The translations under genes were made by a program, and so were the position numbers. A stretch of DNA of 64,000 bases from Penicillus capitatus (lineage: Eukaryota > Plantae > Chlorophyta), in the NCBI GenBank assembly GCA_965649825.1, contig OZ287711.1, positions 355,201 through 419,200 of the forward strand, given 5' to 3'. The notes below the pieces were generated by a model. That model was given only the letters and a program-made list of their open reading frames with translations. It had not been told where the DNA came from and made no database searches. Shown here piece by piece: positions 10,910 to 24,102 of the stretch. Positions within the stretch are counted from its first letter, which is position 1; every line of letters begins with the position of its first letter.

Positions 10910-12600
10910 ATGAAGTACGTCTACTCCACGGAAATAACCTAATGCTCACAGTTGTGTGTCGACTCGTAGTTCCGATGCGTTGACGGATATGGAGAACAGG
11001 GGTCCTTGCGTAGGCGCTCCGCTCAGCGCCTTTCTCGAGCAGGAACACTTCTTGCTCAAAGTGTTGACGCACCTCGTGGAAGATAGTCTTCACGAATGCC
11101 GTCGCGTCTGTCGCCGGTGGCGCGACGCCTGTGGGAAGCTACCCGTCAAGCTAGGAAATGTGTATTCGGATGAGTTGCAAACAGCAGTTGACCTGTTCCC
11201 AGAAACCGAAAGGCTTGGCATGCGCGAATGGATTAGCAGTGTGGACATCATCGAGACGCACATCGTCCCACAGCTGCCGCGACTGGCGAATCTGAAAGAT
11301 CTTTCTCTTTATCTCGACGGCGTATCCATCGATCTGCGAAGCCTGGTCGCATGCTTTTCGTCGATGCAGCATCTTGGGTCACTCAGCTTGTATACTACGC
11401 ACGAGGACACATTGCATTGTTTCGTTCACGACCTGCGTTATCTGACGAAGCTGACTTCTCTGTTTCTCGACCATAACTGTGTCCTGCACAACGATCTGGA
11501 TCCAAACAGCTGTGTTCAAGGGCTCCGCCAGCTGACGATACCTTTCCACTTGCTGATCAACGAGCGGGGCGAGTTTGTCTTCCCCATGTTGACGGGACTT
11601 ACCAGCCTCGTTATCGGAGGCGGCAGAGACCCAGAGCAGTTCCCTTACAATCTACAGGTTTGCCAATCACTGGATCTGTTCGTCTGACAATTCGTTTGTG
11701 TTGTGGCAGAGCATCGTGCCTTGCGCTGCGAATCTACAATCGCTCAGTATACACACGACTTTCGTAGAGTTGTCTTTGACAGGGCCGTCGCCATGGAGAT
11801 CGTTCTTGCATCTGTCAAGCCTGACAATTGAAAGCTGCGACCAACGGGATGCGAGCTTCTTCCAAGCACTGCAGCAGATGCTCCACCTGACGAGTCTGGC
11901 CTTTACCGTTGCATCCGAAAGAGACAAGCAAGGCTTTGTGGACATCGTGCCCTCGCTCACAGGTCTCAGATCCCTTTCTCTTTCCCGTGATAACATTCCG
12001 GGTATCTCCTTTGAAATCGTGAATCGCCTCAGCGTTCTCTCGCAGCTCACACACCTGGATTTGAGCGATCTACTGGGAGACCAGCCTCTACGCCTCCCGA
12101 AGGGAATTGTTGATCTCAAGCTTTCTTTTGATCACTCTCTTCCGGAAGGCCTGTCCGAGGAGCTGGTCGGCTTGACCCAACTCACGTCACTGGCCCTGTA
12201 CAATTACCAAGAGATATATGCATTTCATTCGGATGGTATGACACCATCCCATTTCTTCAAGGAACTCGGGCAGTTGAAGACACTAACATGGTTCAATATC
12301 TGCATGGATCGCCCGTTTCTGGACGCTTTCGTAGCTTTGACCGGCTTGACGAAGCTACGCATTTATCAGATCGAGCCAAAGAGATTAGATCAAAAACTGT
12401 TCTTCCGGCAGTTGGGTCTGCTCTCAGATCTGAGGGAGCTTATGATTCCGTTTCCCTCCAAGTTGCTGGTCGACAGTGAAGTTGGACTGCCTCAAGGATG
12501 CCTGTCTAAGCTCAGGAAAATAGAGTGCTCTCCGATCCAACGCGCCAAAGATGTCGGTAATCCGGCAATGGCGAAAGCGTTTCCTTGTCTCCGATGGTGA
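10910..12600 (+). CDS. F-box-like + LRR (RNI/AMN1-like) protein, paralog 1
   Basis: Exons 10910-10914, 10970-11657, 11710-12600 (GT-AG introns of 55 and 52 nt, frame restored). FLLKVLTHLVEDSLHECRRVCRRW F-box-like motif; repeated LxxLxL units. Confidence 0.88.
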
Positions 12601-13949
12601 AAGCGTTTCCTTTCAGAATCGCTGCCTTATAAACACACACTTCCTCTATGAGATTTAAACACACAATCCCCCGATTCCCTCACATCTGCGCACTCTTTGC
12701 GTTCTTCTCGAACTGGAGCGGAGATGGGGTTCAAGGTTAGGTCTCCGATATGCGTACGCCGATCCGCAGCAAACATCCGCATCGGTCAACACTTTACAGT
12801 CGATCGAACCAACTCAATAGCGTCATCGTATGTTCTGTCCTGTCATATGAAGCGAACGGCCGCTCGCATTCGAAAAAATTTCTGTCGACAATCGCCTGCT
12901 GTAAAGCTGCACTGCGCATATAGGGTTTTCACAGAAGCACTTTTAGGCATCACGAAAACGGCAGGCGTTGTCGCCGCACGCTCGGCATGCTTTCGCAAAC
13001 CATGCGAGAATGAAACTTGTAGCGTCACCTGCTTCGTTAGACAGGTTCTCCCCTCGTTTGTCCCTCGGCGCATCCATTAACCGAGTGTCTTAGACAACGA
13101 AGGTCTTCTGGTCGAGCGAAGGAACGTCCGACGATGGCGGATACTTTTCTGCCGTTAGCGACGCTCCCTCGCACAGTTCAATGAAAAATGCGGCAAAACC
13201 ACTAGCCGTCGGACTCCGTCAGCCGTGCTGTCTCATGTTCGCCTCGCAGACAGTAAAGATGCTTCGACCCATTCTGTGGCAAACAAAGCGTCGAGTATAC
13301 AGAACGCTCTGTCGAGTGGCGCGCGGAGTACAAGACAATAAAAGACCACAGACCGATATTTGCGCGGCTCCTCCATGAACACCAAAGAAAACGACAGAGT
13401 TCAAGAAATGCAAATACGCAAACGCTCCAGAACACCTGTCCAGCCCGGAGGGTAAGACCTCCAACGCGAAGCCACCTGGCGGGAGGCAATGACGACGAAG
13501 GTGCAGTCGGCCAAAGAACGTGCGAACTCTATGCGAAGACAACAGACGCGTCATGTCTGTGTCAATATGACGCGTATTCCAGAGGAGAATCGGATTCGAT
13601 CTAGATAGACACTGTGAGGTCAACGGCGCCTAGACAATACGCTGGCTCGATGCGACGTACCCTTTCGCTTGAATCATTTGTAAAGCATCGACGCATGGAC
13701 GCCGCGAGGCCGGGACACGTGTTATAGCTTCGATCCTGCCATGGAAGCTTGCCCTCATACCTATAAAAGCGATGGCCTCGATCGTAAACACCATTCGCCG
13801 TTTGGAATCGCGTCTGGGGCAGGCAACGCGTGTCATCCGTCCTGAGTTCTGCGTTGAAGATGTCTCCGTATTTCCTTGCCGTTCTGTTCTGTCTCGCTGG
13901 CGCGTCCAGTGTTGGTACGTTCGGTTGCTGCCTATGCTGCGTGATGATG

Positions 13950-15671
13950 GTGTGCTTTAGTCGACGCTGCTCCGTGCGACACGACGGCCTGCACCTTTGT
14001 CGACAACAACGACCTGAACAGCCTTCAGCGTCTGTTCGGAAATCCGGCGCTTTGTACATGCACCTGTGATGACGCGGGAAATACACTGCTGCACCGCTCC
14101 GTTTCGTCAACGTGCAGTTTGTGCATCCATTGGTTGGTGAATTTTAACGGCTGTGACGTTGACGTTACGGACGACAGCGGCAACACGGCATTGCATGATG
14201 CCGCCGAACAGTGCTTGAATGTGCCGACGACAGTGAGCAATAACATCGTCGTTACCTCTGTGAACGTCGACCTGTCGGCCGAGTCCGAACCGGATGGCGA
14301 ACCGCGTAGGAGGACTCGTCAGCAATGGTTATTTACATAACTGTGGACGAGTACAGCAGACAGTTCTCGCGTTAAGTACCCCAGAGAAAGGTACGTCACA
14401 TCATTACGTGAGTCTCCCGTCACGCGTATTTCCAATTGTCTTCGGCTGGCGTGTCGCCACATGGACGGTTGGCACAACGGCAGCGTCCTCTCGGCAGGAG
14501 ACCCGAGGCGATGGCGGGCGCACCGTCACATGGGCGCACCCGCATTCCTGCTGACGCAAACTCCGAGGTACTCTCGCTTCACCGTTCTGCTGCTTCCCCT
14601 TGCGGCTCTGACACTGACAGGTACATGAGCGGCGGCGGACAGCACAGGAGAGAAAACGCAGCGGAAGCCTTTTGTCTCTTGCTGTTCCGAAGTACGGCTT
14701 CCGTCTTCCGGCACGGTTTTCGGTCTTCGTTCTCTTCCGAGGCGGCGAGTCGCGCACAAGGCAGCGAGTCGGCGACAGACCCTCGGTCGCGCTTCGACAC
14801 TCTGGGCGGCGAGTCGGCCCAGGCACGTGCACAGAACAACGCTCAGCCACCTCAGGGCGGCGAGCAGGCAACGCGCGGGGCGGGACTCGCAGACTCCTGG
14901 TGGACGGCGCAGAGAAACGGGAAACGACGATGGTGCCGTGAGTCGGTGAAAGCCGCACTCACGTAGGCTCGCTCCGAAACCATGTGAACGTCGACCTGTC
15001 GGCCGAGTCCGGACCGGATGGCGAACCGCGTAGGAGGACTCGTCAGCAATGGTTATTTACATAACTGTGGACGAGTACAGCAGAACAGTTCTGTTTAAAT
15101 ACCCCGGTCATTGGTCTGTCACGTCGTTACGTAAGCCTCTTCTCAGGCCTCTCGTCATGCGTTCTCCAGTGATATTCTGCTGGCGTGGCGCCACAAGGAC
15201 GGTTGGCGCAACGGCAGCGTCCTCTCGGCAGGAGACCCGAGGCGATGGCGGGCACCTTCACAACCTCGGCAAACATCGCATGCATCGCAGGTCCTGTTGA
15301 ACAATAGTGCAGTAAGAGAGCTTCGAAACGCGGAATGGGACGCTCCTCTCTGTATCGTCGGCCTTCTGGGCGGAAGCAGCGAATGTGGAACCGTCGCTCG
15401 CAGCATTATCGGCAAAACGAATACCATCCCCTTTAAAGCTTGTCCATGCAAAGAGTGCGGCAGCGGTCTCATTCCGCATGATGAAGCAGTCGACAGAAGA
15501 CTTCAAGATGTCGCAGACGTAAGCTATCCAAGTCTCGCACGTCGACTTTTATCTAGAGGTGTCGTTGGTGTTATTAGATTATCGGCCAGGACGGTGGGTC
15601 GCCCGACGCTTGCTCGGCTCTCGGCGCTTGTTTTTAATGCGGACGTCCTTTCGTACTCAGCTGCCCCTTAA
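13950..15671 (+). CDS. Ankyrin-repeat gene fragment with a TRIM inside its intron (possibly pseudogene)
   Basis: DDAGNTLLHRSV and DVDVTDDSGNTALHDAA ankyrin motifs (14065-14215). Donor GTGAGC at 14233 and acceptor CAG at 15290 join in frame to VLLNNSAVRELRNAEWDAPL. Start not located. Confidence 0.5.
14259..15262 (-). mobile_element. TRIM-like miniature LTR retroelement (LTRs 14259-14530 and 14983-15262)
   Basis: Both repeats start TGTGAA and end TCACA; exact 5-bp TSD ACCTC at 14254-14258 and 15263-15267; minus-strand TGGTTTCGGAGC next to the LTR resembles the tRNA-iMet PBS TGGTATCAGAGC; no recognisable coding domain. Confidence 0.85.
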
Positions 15672-16782
15672 GCAGCACGCCATCGTCTGAATGACAACGC
15701 CTCTTTTCTTTGCACACCGCATGAGTGCTTCTGCTAGAAGTTCCTTGATTTTATTGTTGCATTATTTTTATTCTATTCGCTTGGGTCGACGCGTTCACCA
15801 CTGGAGCTTTTCATGCATCTTAGACGACGTTTAAGAATACCGCCGGTCCTGAGACCGTTCGAACGCATTCGTTTCTGCGCGCCGACGATGTCGACGAACA
15901 GCATGTCTTATCGGTGAAATCGCTGCGACTACATCCTCCGAATAGCGCATTCACTCGCTGACCAAAGAAATGCGCACACTCTGGCCGTGTTCGAGCAATC
16001 TTGGCCGTAAAAGGGCCATGACCAATGCGTCTTGACAGGGCGGGTGGCGCAAGCGTTGGAGATGCAGACGGCGGCAGTTGCCTCAAGGGCATCTCTCTTA
16101 CGTCCCGAGATCGGAATACGGGCACGAGAGGACATTCATTACATGGCAAGCAGACGGAGCAGGTTTCGCCTGTCTTTTAATCTCTGGTGATTTCCTTAGC
16201 GTGAAGGAAACGGATATACTCTTTGCCGTCCTGCAGGATCGCGTCTCGTCTCGAACTGAATGACGTGACGGGTCTTTGGTGACAACCGCGGGCTTACTTT
16301 AAGGTCGGTCGACTGTTTAATCGTGTCCTCTCTCAAGGCGTATTGGACCTCGGGCACTTGTCGCAAATCGACTCCGCGAGAGGACACACGGGTTCACTGC
16401 GGAGGAGTCACTGCCATGATGTGACCCGGGACATCACGAGGGTGACTCTGCCACCCCGCGATGAACCTGTTGTCGATTCTGTGAGCAGAGTTCGTCCAGT
16501 TTCATCCTGTTTTCTTTGATGCGTTCGTTCGCGCGATGTGGGCGCGGCGATCTGGACGTCCCTCTGTAGCTATACGTGGTTTGCATGCCATTGGAGAGGG
16601 ACTGCGCACCCGTCTCCGCTGCCGGATGAATGATACAAACGTCACTTTCAGAGAAACGAAGCTATCGGCAACTTGCAAATTGGAGTCGCGTGTTAACATC
16701 ACAGTCGGTCGCAGCGCGTCATAAGGTTTCTGTTGCTGTTTTCGCCGCGACCGTCGCAAGCGTTCGTTTTTCAGAGCTAACA

Positions 16783-18566
16783 ATGTCCTTGTCACGGCTG
16801 GCGAGACGGCAAGACGTTGTGGATACTTGCTCCGTATCCAAGCCCTCGACGGTGGTTGGCAGCCTGGGTGCACTTCTCGAACACGAGTATTTGCTGCTCA
16901 AAGTGCTTGCGTACGTCGTGGACGACGGCCTTCACGAGTGTCGCCTCGTCTGTCGACATTGGCGTGAAGCTTGCCGGAGGCTGCCCGTCAGAATTCGGGC
17001 AGACGTCTCCTCTATCGGCGTTACCGAACTGGTGAGACAGGTGACAGAGAAGTTTCCGGAGGCGGCATCTCTGTGCCTCCTCGACAGGAGCCGAAAGAAA
17101 GGACTGGGTGTCGATGCCCTGCCCTGGCTGTCGGGACTCACAAAGCTCCACACATTGCAGGTGCCGTTTCGACCTGGACATCAGGTCGCCGAGGGACTGC
17201 GTCCGATTCTGCTGTCGATGGATCGCCTCCGATCGCTCTCTTTCCAAGCGGATGACGCGACCACCCACTCCGTCTGGATGGACACCTTGAGACGCCTGGT
17301 GCACCTCACGTACCTGGATCTCTACGCGCCGTGCAACATCCATGCCTTGCCTGAACCGATCACAGAGCTCCACAGACTGCTGCATTTGAGCGGCAACGCT
17401 CGGAGCCTGGTCAGGAGTGACGGGCGGCTCGTCTTCCAGTCGCTGACCCGACTCACGGGACTCAGATTCAGCGACGCACCTCATCTGGGACCACAGGACT
17501 GGACAGCAGTACACTTGCAGGTGCGATAGGCGCCGCACGAGCATTCTGAAACGCGCTGTGTCTGTTCTAGTCGTTCCTTCCCTATGCCGCGTCGCTGCGG
17601 TCACTGGACATCGAGGCGTGCACTGCCAGACGTTCATTCCAGGGATGGCTGTTGCTGTCGTCCTTTTCGAGTCTGGAGAAGCTCGTCACGAGTTGCTTCG
17701 CCCTGAGGGACGCGGACTTCCCCGTCGCCCTCGTGGAGCTGAGTCGCCTGACTGAAGTGACGATCGCCGGCGGAATGCATCCGGACGGTCAAGTCTCCGT
17801 GGATCCCGTGCTCGCGCTCACTGGACTCAAATCGCTCTCGATCGATCCGTGCAGAGACATCGTCTCCAGACGACGCATGGCAGACTCACTGGCGGCCATG
17901 ACGCAACTGACGCGTCTCGCCGCGACGGGATCGATCTGCGCAATGTCCCTGTGCGGAACGCGTCTGCGTCATCTGCCTGAAATGGTCGACCTTGAGATCA
18001 CCATCTTCAGGGACTCGCAACTCCATCTGTCGCACGCCTTGGCCCGCATGCCCAACCTGGTGACGCTGCGAGTCAGCAATCGAGACAGCAGTCTCCTGCT
18101 GCTATCCAGTGCTTTGCAGCCGCTCAAGAAGCTCAAGACGCTGGAACTGTGGAAGGTCGACGTCGAGTCGGATTTTCTAAGCGTACTCGGGACGCTTCCG
18201 GAGCTGACGGAATTGAGTTTCGTCCCGAAGGTCACTCGCTTCGACGTTCATCGTTTCTACGCTCAGCTGAGCCTCCTGTGCAATCTGAGAGTGCTCGGGA
18301 TGCCTAGCTACTGGCCAGTGATTGGATTCTTGATCCGACCAGCGGCGTGTCGTGTGCCACGTCTTCAACGCATCCTCTTCATCGCAGACGGGGATTCGGT
18401 GAAGTTCTGTTTCGCTGGACTGCGACTGATTTGTACAGAGAAGTCATTGCCGAGATCCGTACTGTTTCGAACGTTTCCATGCCTCCGCAGTATTCACTTC
18501 TTGAATGCCACGACCTTTAAACGCAACCTCGGCGACAACGCCGGACAGATCTACCGTCTCGTATGA
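16783..18566 (+). CDS. F-box-like + LRR protein, paralog 2
   Basis: YLLLKVLAYVVDDGLHECRLVCRHW; intron 17521-17570 (50 nt) joins HLQ to SFLPYAASLRSL; LRR units downstream. Confidence 0.85.
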
Positions 18567-20229
18567 GCTGCTCAGTATGCTATGTGTTGTTTCTAATCGC
18601 TAGACCCTCGCGTCCTGACTGTGCTCTTCCTTATCGTACCGAAGAACTCATCGAACGAAGCTCATTTGTGATTCCTGCAATGACCCGTCTGTCAGTCATG
18701 TTCCTGAGTACTCAGTGCTGTGGGTTTTTCTTTGAATGTCGTGTCGGCGACGCGCAGATCCACGAGCGGATGCGTCATCGATTTCGCAGGATGCGGTAGG
18801 CAACGCAAAATCAGACATCAGATACGGTGCTCGCCTCCAGGCGGGTGTCAGAGCACGAGTATCGACACCGTCTCCCCAAACACGTTTGCCGCGCCCGGAG
18901 ATTTCAGCGACACGACGGAGGAATCTGAGCCGACTCCACCTGCGTCTATGCCGCGAGTCGTTGGAGTCAGCTGCCGCGTGTTGTGCTCCAAGGCGATGTC
19001 ACACATTCGGCTGATGGCCGATACCGTCGATTCATTACCCGTTCCCGTTTGCCGACAAATCCACGAAGCTTAAAGTCAGTTATCGTTTGTTCCATCCAAC
19101 TCGGATCACACTGACGACATCGTTCAGTTCGCAAATGCGACGAGAAGAAGTCGCGGAAACTTATAACATTCTCGTGCACTCCGAACAGAGGTCGGCGGCG
19201 TGTTTCGCAGACGAACTGGGTTTTGATGTGTGATAGCGACACGACAGTCGTGACGTTTTGGCTTTCGCTGCTCTGCTGGACATTGGTTGGATCCGTATGT
19301 GGCTTCTTAGCAACGGAAATTCTCGTCAGAGTCGTGATACGACGTCTTTCAGCAGACTACTGCACGAAACTTCAGAATCTTTTACAGTTGGTTTCACACA
19401 GGTGTACCACTAAACAACCTAAGAAAGAGGTCTGTCCAATAAATCTCGTCCACCATCGTGCTGCCGTGGTCATCGATTGGAAACAGAGACATCACAGAGA
19501 GGTCTTCATCGTTGGACGATAACAGCATTAATAAGACTACCATCACGACAATCGCTTCGCTTCCGTGTGTTGAGTGAGCTCCGCGTACAGTACTGTTTCG
19601 ATCTGTCTTTCTGTACCGTGCTGATTCCTGATCCGATCTCTATTCTAAACACAGAGGGAAGAAATAACTGCTAAAACCCTCCGCGTACGGGCCATAGCAC
19701 CTAGCTGGGAGTTTGTCACCGTGAGCCATTGACCAGCCACAATCAACTAACAAAACAGAATGGCCGATAATAAAAACACCACATTTTGTTAATGTTTACG
19801 GTAACTAGAAAGACGAGCATTCTTGAGCAATGGTGAGATCCATCATAGCTCAACGCATCTCGTGAACAGACGAGGTGCGTGTTACAGCAATCTCTGGGTC
19901 GGAGAAAACAATTCGTCCACATAAGCGTCAAGCACTGGATAACTATTAGAAAAGCGAGGAACGAGTCCGAAAAGTGCCTGCTGATAAGCAAAAACACCTA
20001 TAGTTCGATTTGGATAAGAACTCATCACCATTCGGACTCGAGGTAAGATTCGCCGCCACCTGTCATTTGTCGTCATTCGCTTGCAGTCTTCGAACGATTT
20101 CTTGGTTTGTTTCTTCTCCGTACCCATAGCAGTTCGGCAAGTAGGCCGGAATTGTTCGACTTTTGATCACGCTGTCGGCAAATCCATTGCCACCCACTGC
20201 TGGAGAATTCGGTTGCATCATCTGACTCA

Positions 20230-22590
20230 TTCCATCCCGTATATTCGTGTTCTTCGCACGATTGATCCAAACCGATTTGCACTGGTGCTAGTTGCACCCC
20301 GCTGAAGCGTATAGGCGTGTCCAACGTGTAAAAAGGTCAACGGTGCACAGAACGTAGCGTGACTGACGATTGCTAGCCATCCGACTAGGAGAATACAATC
20401 CACCGCCTTGATTAAAATGTTGCCAGGTGAGACGATTTTTGGAGCTGAAGGCTCTTGTCGTGCGAAGGCTTGTCGTTGTGAGCAGGTGCATATCCACGGC
20501 GTGATTCTATCCGGCAAATTTGGAAAGAACTCGAGTCTGTGCGCTTCGAGTTGAGTGTTTTGTATCAGAGATGACCGACCGGCATCATTCTGTGCCGTTT
20601 TCATCCACTGTAAGATCTCTGGTGAGTTGATGCGGCAAGGGATCTCTGCATCTGTATAAACTTTGTGTTCGAGTCGATACCAGCGGAGTTAGAGGCCCTG
20701 TTCTGGGATCGTTCTGGCATGACAACGCGAAGGATGGCGATCATGTCAAATGCGACCATCTGACAAATATCGGATTACGCTAAACGACATTGGCGGCAAA
20801 AAACAAACAGAAAGAAAACCGACAGGAGACCGTCGCGTTTTCGCCTTCGCCGACAAAACACCGCTACAGCTCAGATGAGGTAAGTCCACCACGCCGGAAT
20901 CAGCTCAATGCTCACAACTGCGTATCGAGTCGCAGCTCCGATGCGTTGACGGGTATGGAGAGCAGTGATTGCCACCGAGTTGACCCAGTCACTGGATCTG
21001 AAAAGACCCTGAGTGACCTTCTCGAGCAGGAATACTTCTTGCTCAAAGTACTGGCGTACGTTGTTGAGGATGGTCTCCACGAATGCCGTCGCGTCTGTCG
21101 CCGGTGGCGCGACGCCTGTGGGAAGCTACCCGTCACGCTACACAGAGTGTTTGCGGATACACTACAGAAAGCAGCAGACCTATTCCCAGAAGCCGAAAGG
21201 CTGAGCATGCGTGAATGGATTAGCAGTGTGGACATCATCGAGACGCACATCGTCCCTCAGCTGCCGCGACTGGCGAATCTGAAAGATCTTTCTCTTTATC
21301 TCGACGGCGTATCCATCGATCTGCGAAGCCTGGTCGCATGCTTTTCATCGATGCAGCATCTGCGGTCACTCAGCTTGTATACTACGCACGAGGACACATT
21401 GCATTGTTTCGTTCACGACCTGCGTTATCTGACGAAGCTGACTTCTCTGTTTCTCGACCATAAATGTGTCCTGCACAACGATCTGGATCCAAACAGCTGT
21501 GTTCAAGGGCTCCGCCAGCTGACGATACCTTTCCACTTGCTGATCAACGAGCGGGGCGAGTTTGTCTTCCCCATGCTGACGGGACTTACCAATCTCATTA
21601 TCGGAGGCGCCAAAAACCCAGAGCAGTTCCTTTACAATCTACAGGTTTGCCAGTCGCTGGATCTGTTCGTCTGACAATTCGTTTGTGTTGTGGCAGAGCA
21701 TCGTGCCTTGCGCTGCGAATCTACAATCGCTCAGTATACACACGACTTTCGTAGAGTTGTCTTTGACAGGGCCGTCCCCGTGGAGATCGTTCTTGCATCT
21801 GTCAAGCCTGACAATTGGAAGTTACGTCCGACGAGATGCGAGATTCTTCGAAGCACTGCAGCAGATGCGCCAGCTGACGAGTCTGACTTTTATTGTCGCA
21901 TCCGACAGAGACAAGAGCGGCTTTCTGGAAAGCATGCCCTCGCTTACAGGTCTCAGATCCCTTTCTCTTTCCTATGTCGGCATTCCGGGTATCTCGTATG
22001 AGATCACGAAACGTCTCAGCGTTCTCTCGCAGCTCACGCGGCTGTGTTTGAGTGATCTACTGGAAGACCAACCTCTGCGCCTCCCGAAGGAACTCGTCGA
22101 TCTCTGCCTTTTTTCTAAGTACTCCTTTCCAGAAGACCTGTCTGAGCAGCTGGCCGCCCTGACAGATCTTACGTCACTTAAGATGCACAGTTACGAAGAG
22201 CTGCATTTGTTTCATTCTGATGGTATGAGACCGATCCGCCTCTTCAACGAACTCAGGCAGTTGAAGAAACTATCATTGCGGAATGTCTGTCTGGATCGCC
22301 CGTTTCTTGACGCTTTTGTAGCTTTGACCGGCCTGATGGAGCTGCGCCTCGGTGGACGCACCGAACAAATGGACCATCGCTTCATCTGTCAACAGTTGAG
22401 TCTTCTTTCAGATTTGAGTGTTCTGGAGATTCCGTATCCCAAGCTGTTGGTCGACAGCCAAGCTGGAGTACCACAAGGATGCATGCCCAAGCTCAGGAAA
22501 ATCGTTCTCCCTTTAGAATACATCGTCATAGATGACGACACGCACTTGGCAATGATGAAAGCATTTCCTTCTCTTCGAAACGTGGAATGA
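20230..22590. repeat. Inverted duplication with about 59733-62000 (upstream region plus F-box/LRR gene)
   Basis: Shared upstream blocks (gaaggctcttgtcgt, cttcgagttgagtgttttg, catctgacaaat) and near-identical gene core on the opposite strand. Confidence 0.75.
20875..22590 (+). CDS. F-box-like + LRR protein, paralog 3
   Basis: Exons 20875-20879, 20936-21644, 21697-22590; FLLKVLAYVVEDGLHECRRVCRRW; central part nearly identical to paralog 1. Confidence 0.88.
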
Positions 22591-24102
22591 TTTATTAGAC
22601 CACTGCCTAATAAACAGTCACTTCCTCTAAAATTTGAGTATCTAATATCCCGCTGTCCTGCAACACCTGTTCATTATCTCGGCTCTGTTCAAGATGAAGT
22701 GGGTATTGTCAATTTGGCTGGATAGATCGAACCCTCAACCCAATACAAATGCCCTAAAAAACTTGCTTGCGTAAAAACGGCTGTGTCATTTATCTTACTT
22801 TACAATTGCGTACACGCTGTACGACGAGTTCAACAGACCAGTGTTCGGCGGATGCGGATTACGACGGTAGAGAAACGCGGTTCTGAATGGAAGTGCAGAC
22901 GACACTCGGCGACAGTGGACTTCCACGTCGGCATACTGTCGTTATAAATCCGGTGCTTTGAAGCCAGTTTCCGTAACATAAAGTCTGCTCCGTGTTCGTA
23001 CTCAGGTGTTTAGATGTGATCCTCATCCTTGGCTAAGTGTTGCGGCCTTTTCTTCAAAACAGCTACCGTAATCAAGGAGTGATCACATCACGGACTGTGA
23101 ACCCATCGTCGCCGCCGGATGAATGATACAAACGTCAATTTCAGAGAAACGAAGCTATCGGCGACGTGCGATTTGGAATCGCGTTTTTACATCGAAGCTG
23201 CTTGCAGCAAGTCTTAGGACATTTTTGTGTGTTCGACTGGAATCGCAATCCATGTCGACAACGCGTTTGGTTTTCTCTGTGTCGGCAATTGGCAGTGATG
23301 AAAACGCCTGATGGGTTCGAAAGCGACGTTCTTTGCTTCTCTTTGCATCATCCGTTCCCGTATACGAAACCGCTGATCACAAATACAGGAGAAGACAGTG
23401 CGGAATGCTCTTTTGAGTTTCGCTCTAGCCGAGTTACGATCAATGAAAATGAGGAATATGTCAAGACGCATCCTTACGAATAGTTTCGTCGGTGCTGCTG
23501 TCATTTTCTGCCTGACTGTTGTGGGTCTCTGTCGCGATTTACTCTTTCGTCGGACGATCTTCAAGTTCGAAACTGCATTGCAGTTGGTCCGGCCACCCGT
23601 GGATGAGAACGATAGAGAGCTCAGCTAGAAATCTGGCACTCTCGCCTAGGTGTCGCATCATCAGACTGGGAAGTCAAGTACGCTTTCCGTGACTCCGATC
23701 ATCTCAGTGCACGCACGCTGTTTTGCTTAAAAGGCGAATAGAAAGGAGACACACAACTTTGCATCATCGCCTTAGACATATTGACATTTCGGTCGAACGA
23801 AACGCTGGGCAGTGTCGTCGTCCGACTGTACACAGAGTGAGAAGACATTCCTTGTCGACTGTTTCTAGGAAGCGACACGTCGCAGAGATGGTAACAGCTT
23901 ACTCGAACGGAAGTGTAAGTCAGCAGCTGTAACTGATGAGGAAAGAACAATTCTCGGGAAGCTATAGATTGTGACGAGAATGGACACGAGAATGAAGGCA
24001 ATCGTGGAGTGACAAGGCGGTACTTCTTCGAATCGATGTGCGATTTGTTAAAAGTCATACATCAAAAATGCTCGGTCTGGCCTCGTTCGTTAATGGAGGT
24101 GT

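Noticed and set aside
20230-20620. MULE-like RFELSVL..LC(R/H)FH fragment here and at 61.6-61.9 kb
   Set aside because: Surrounded by stops in both copies; indistinguishable from duplicated non-coding DNA without an HMM search.
23091-23200. ~110-bp duplicate of the region upstream of F-box/LRR paralog 2 (16598-16700) as a promoter element
   Set aside because: Duplication is real, but no downstream gene or recognisable motif supports a function.
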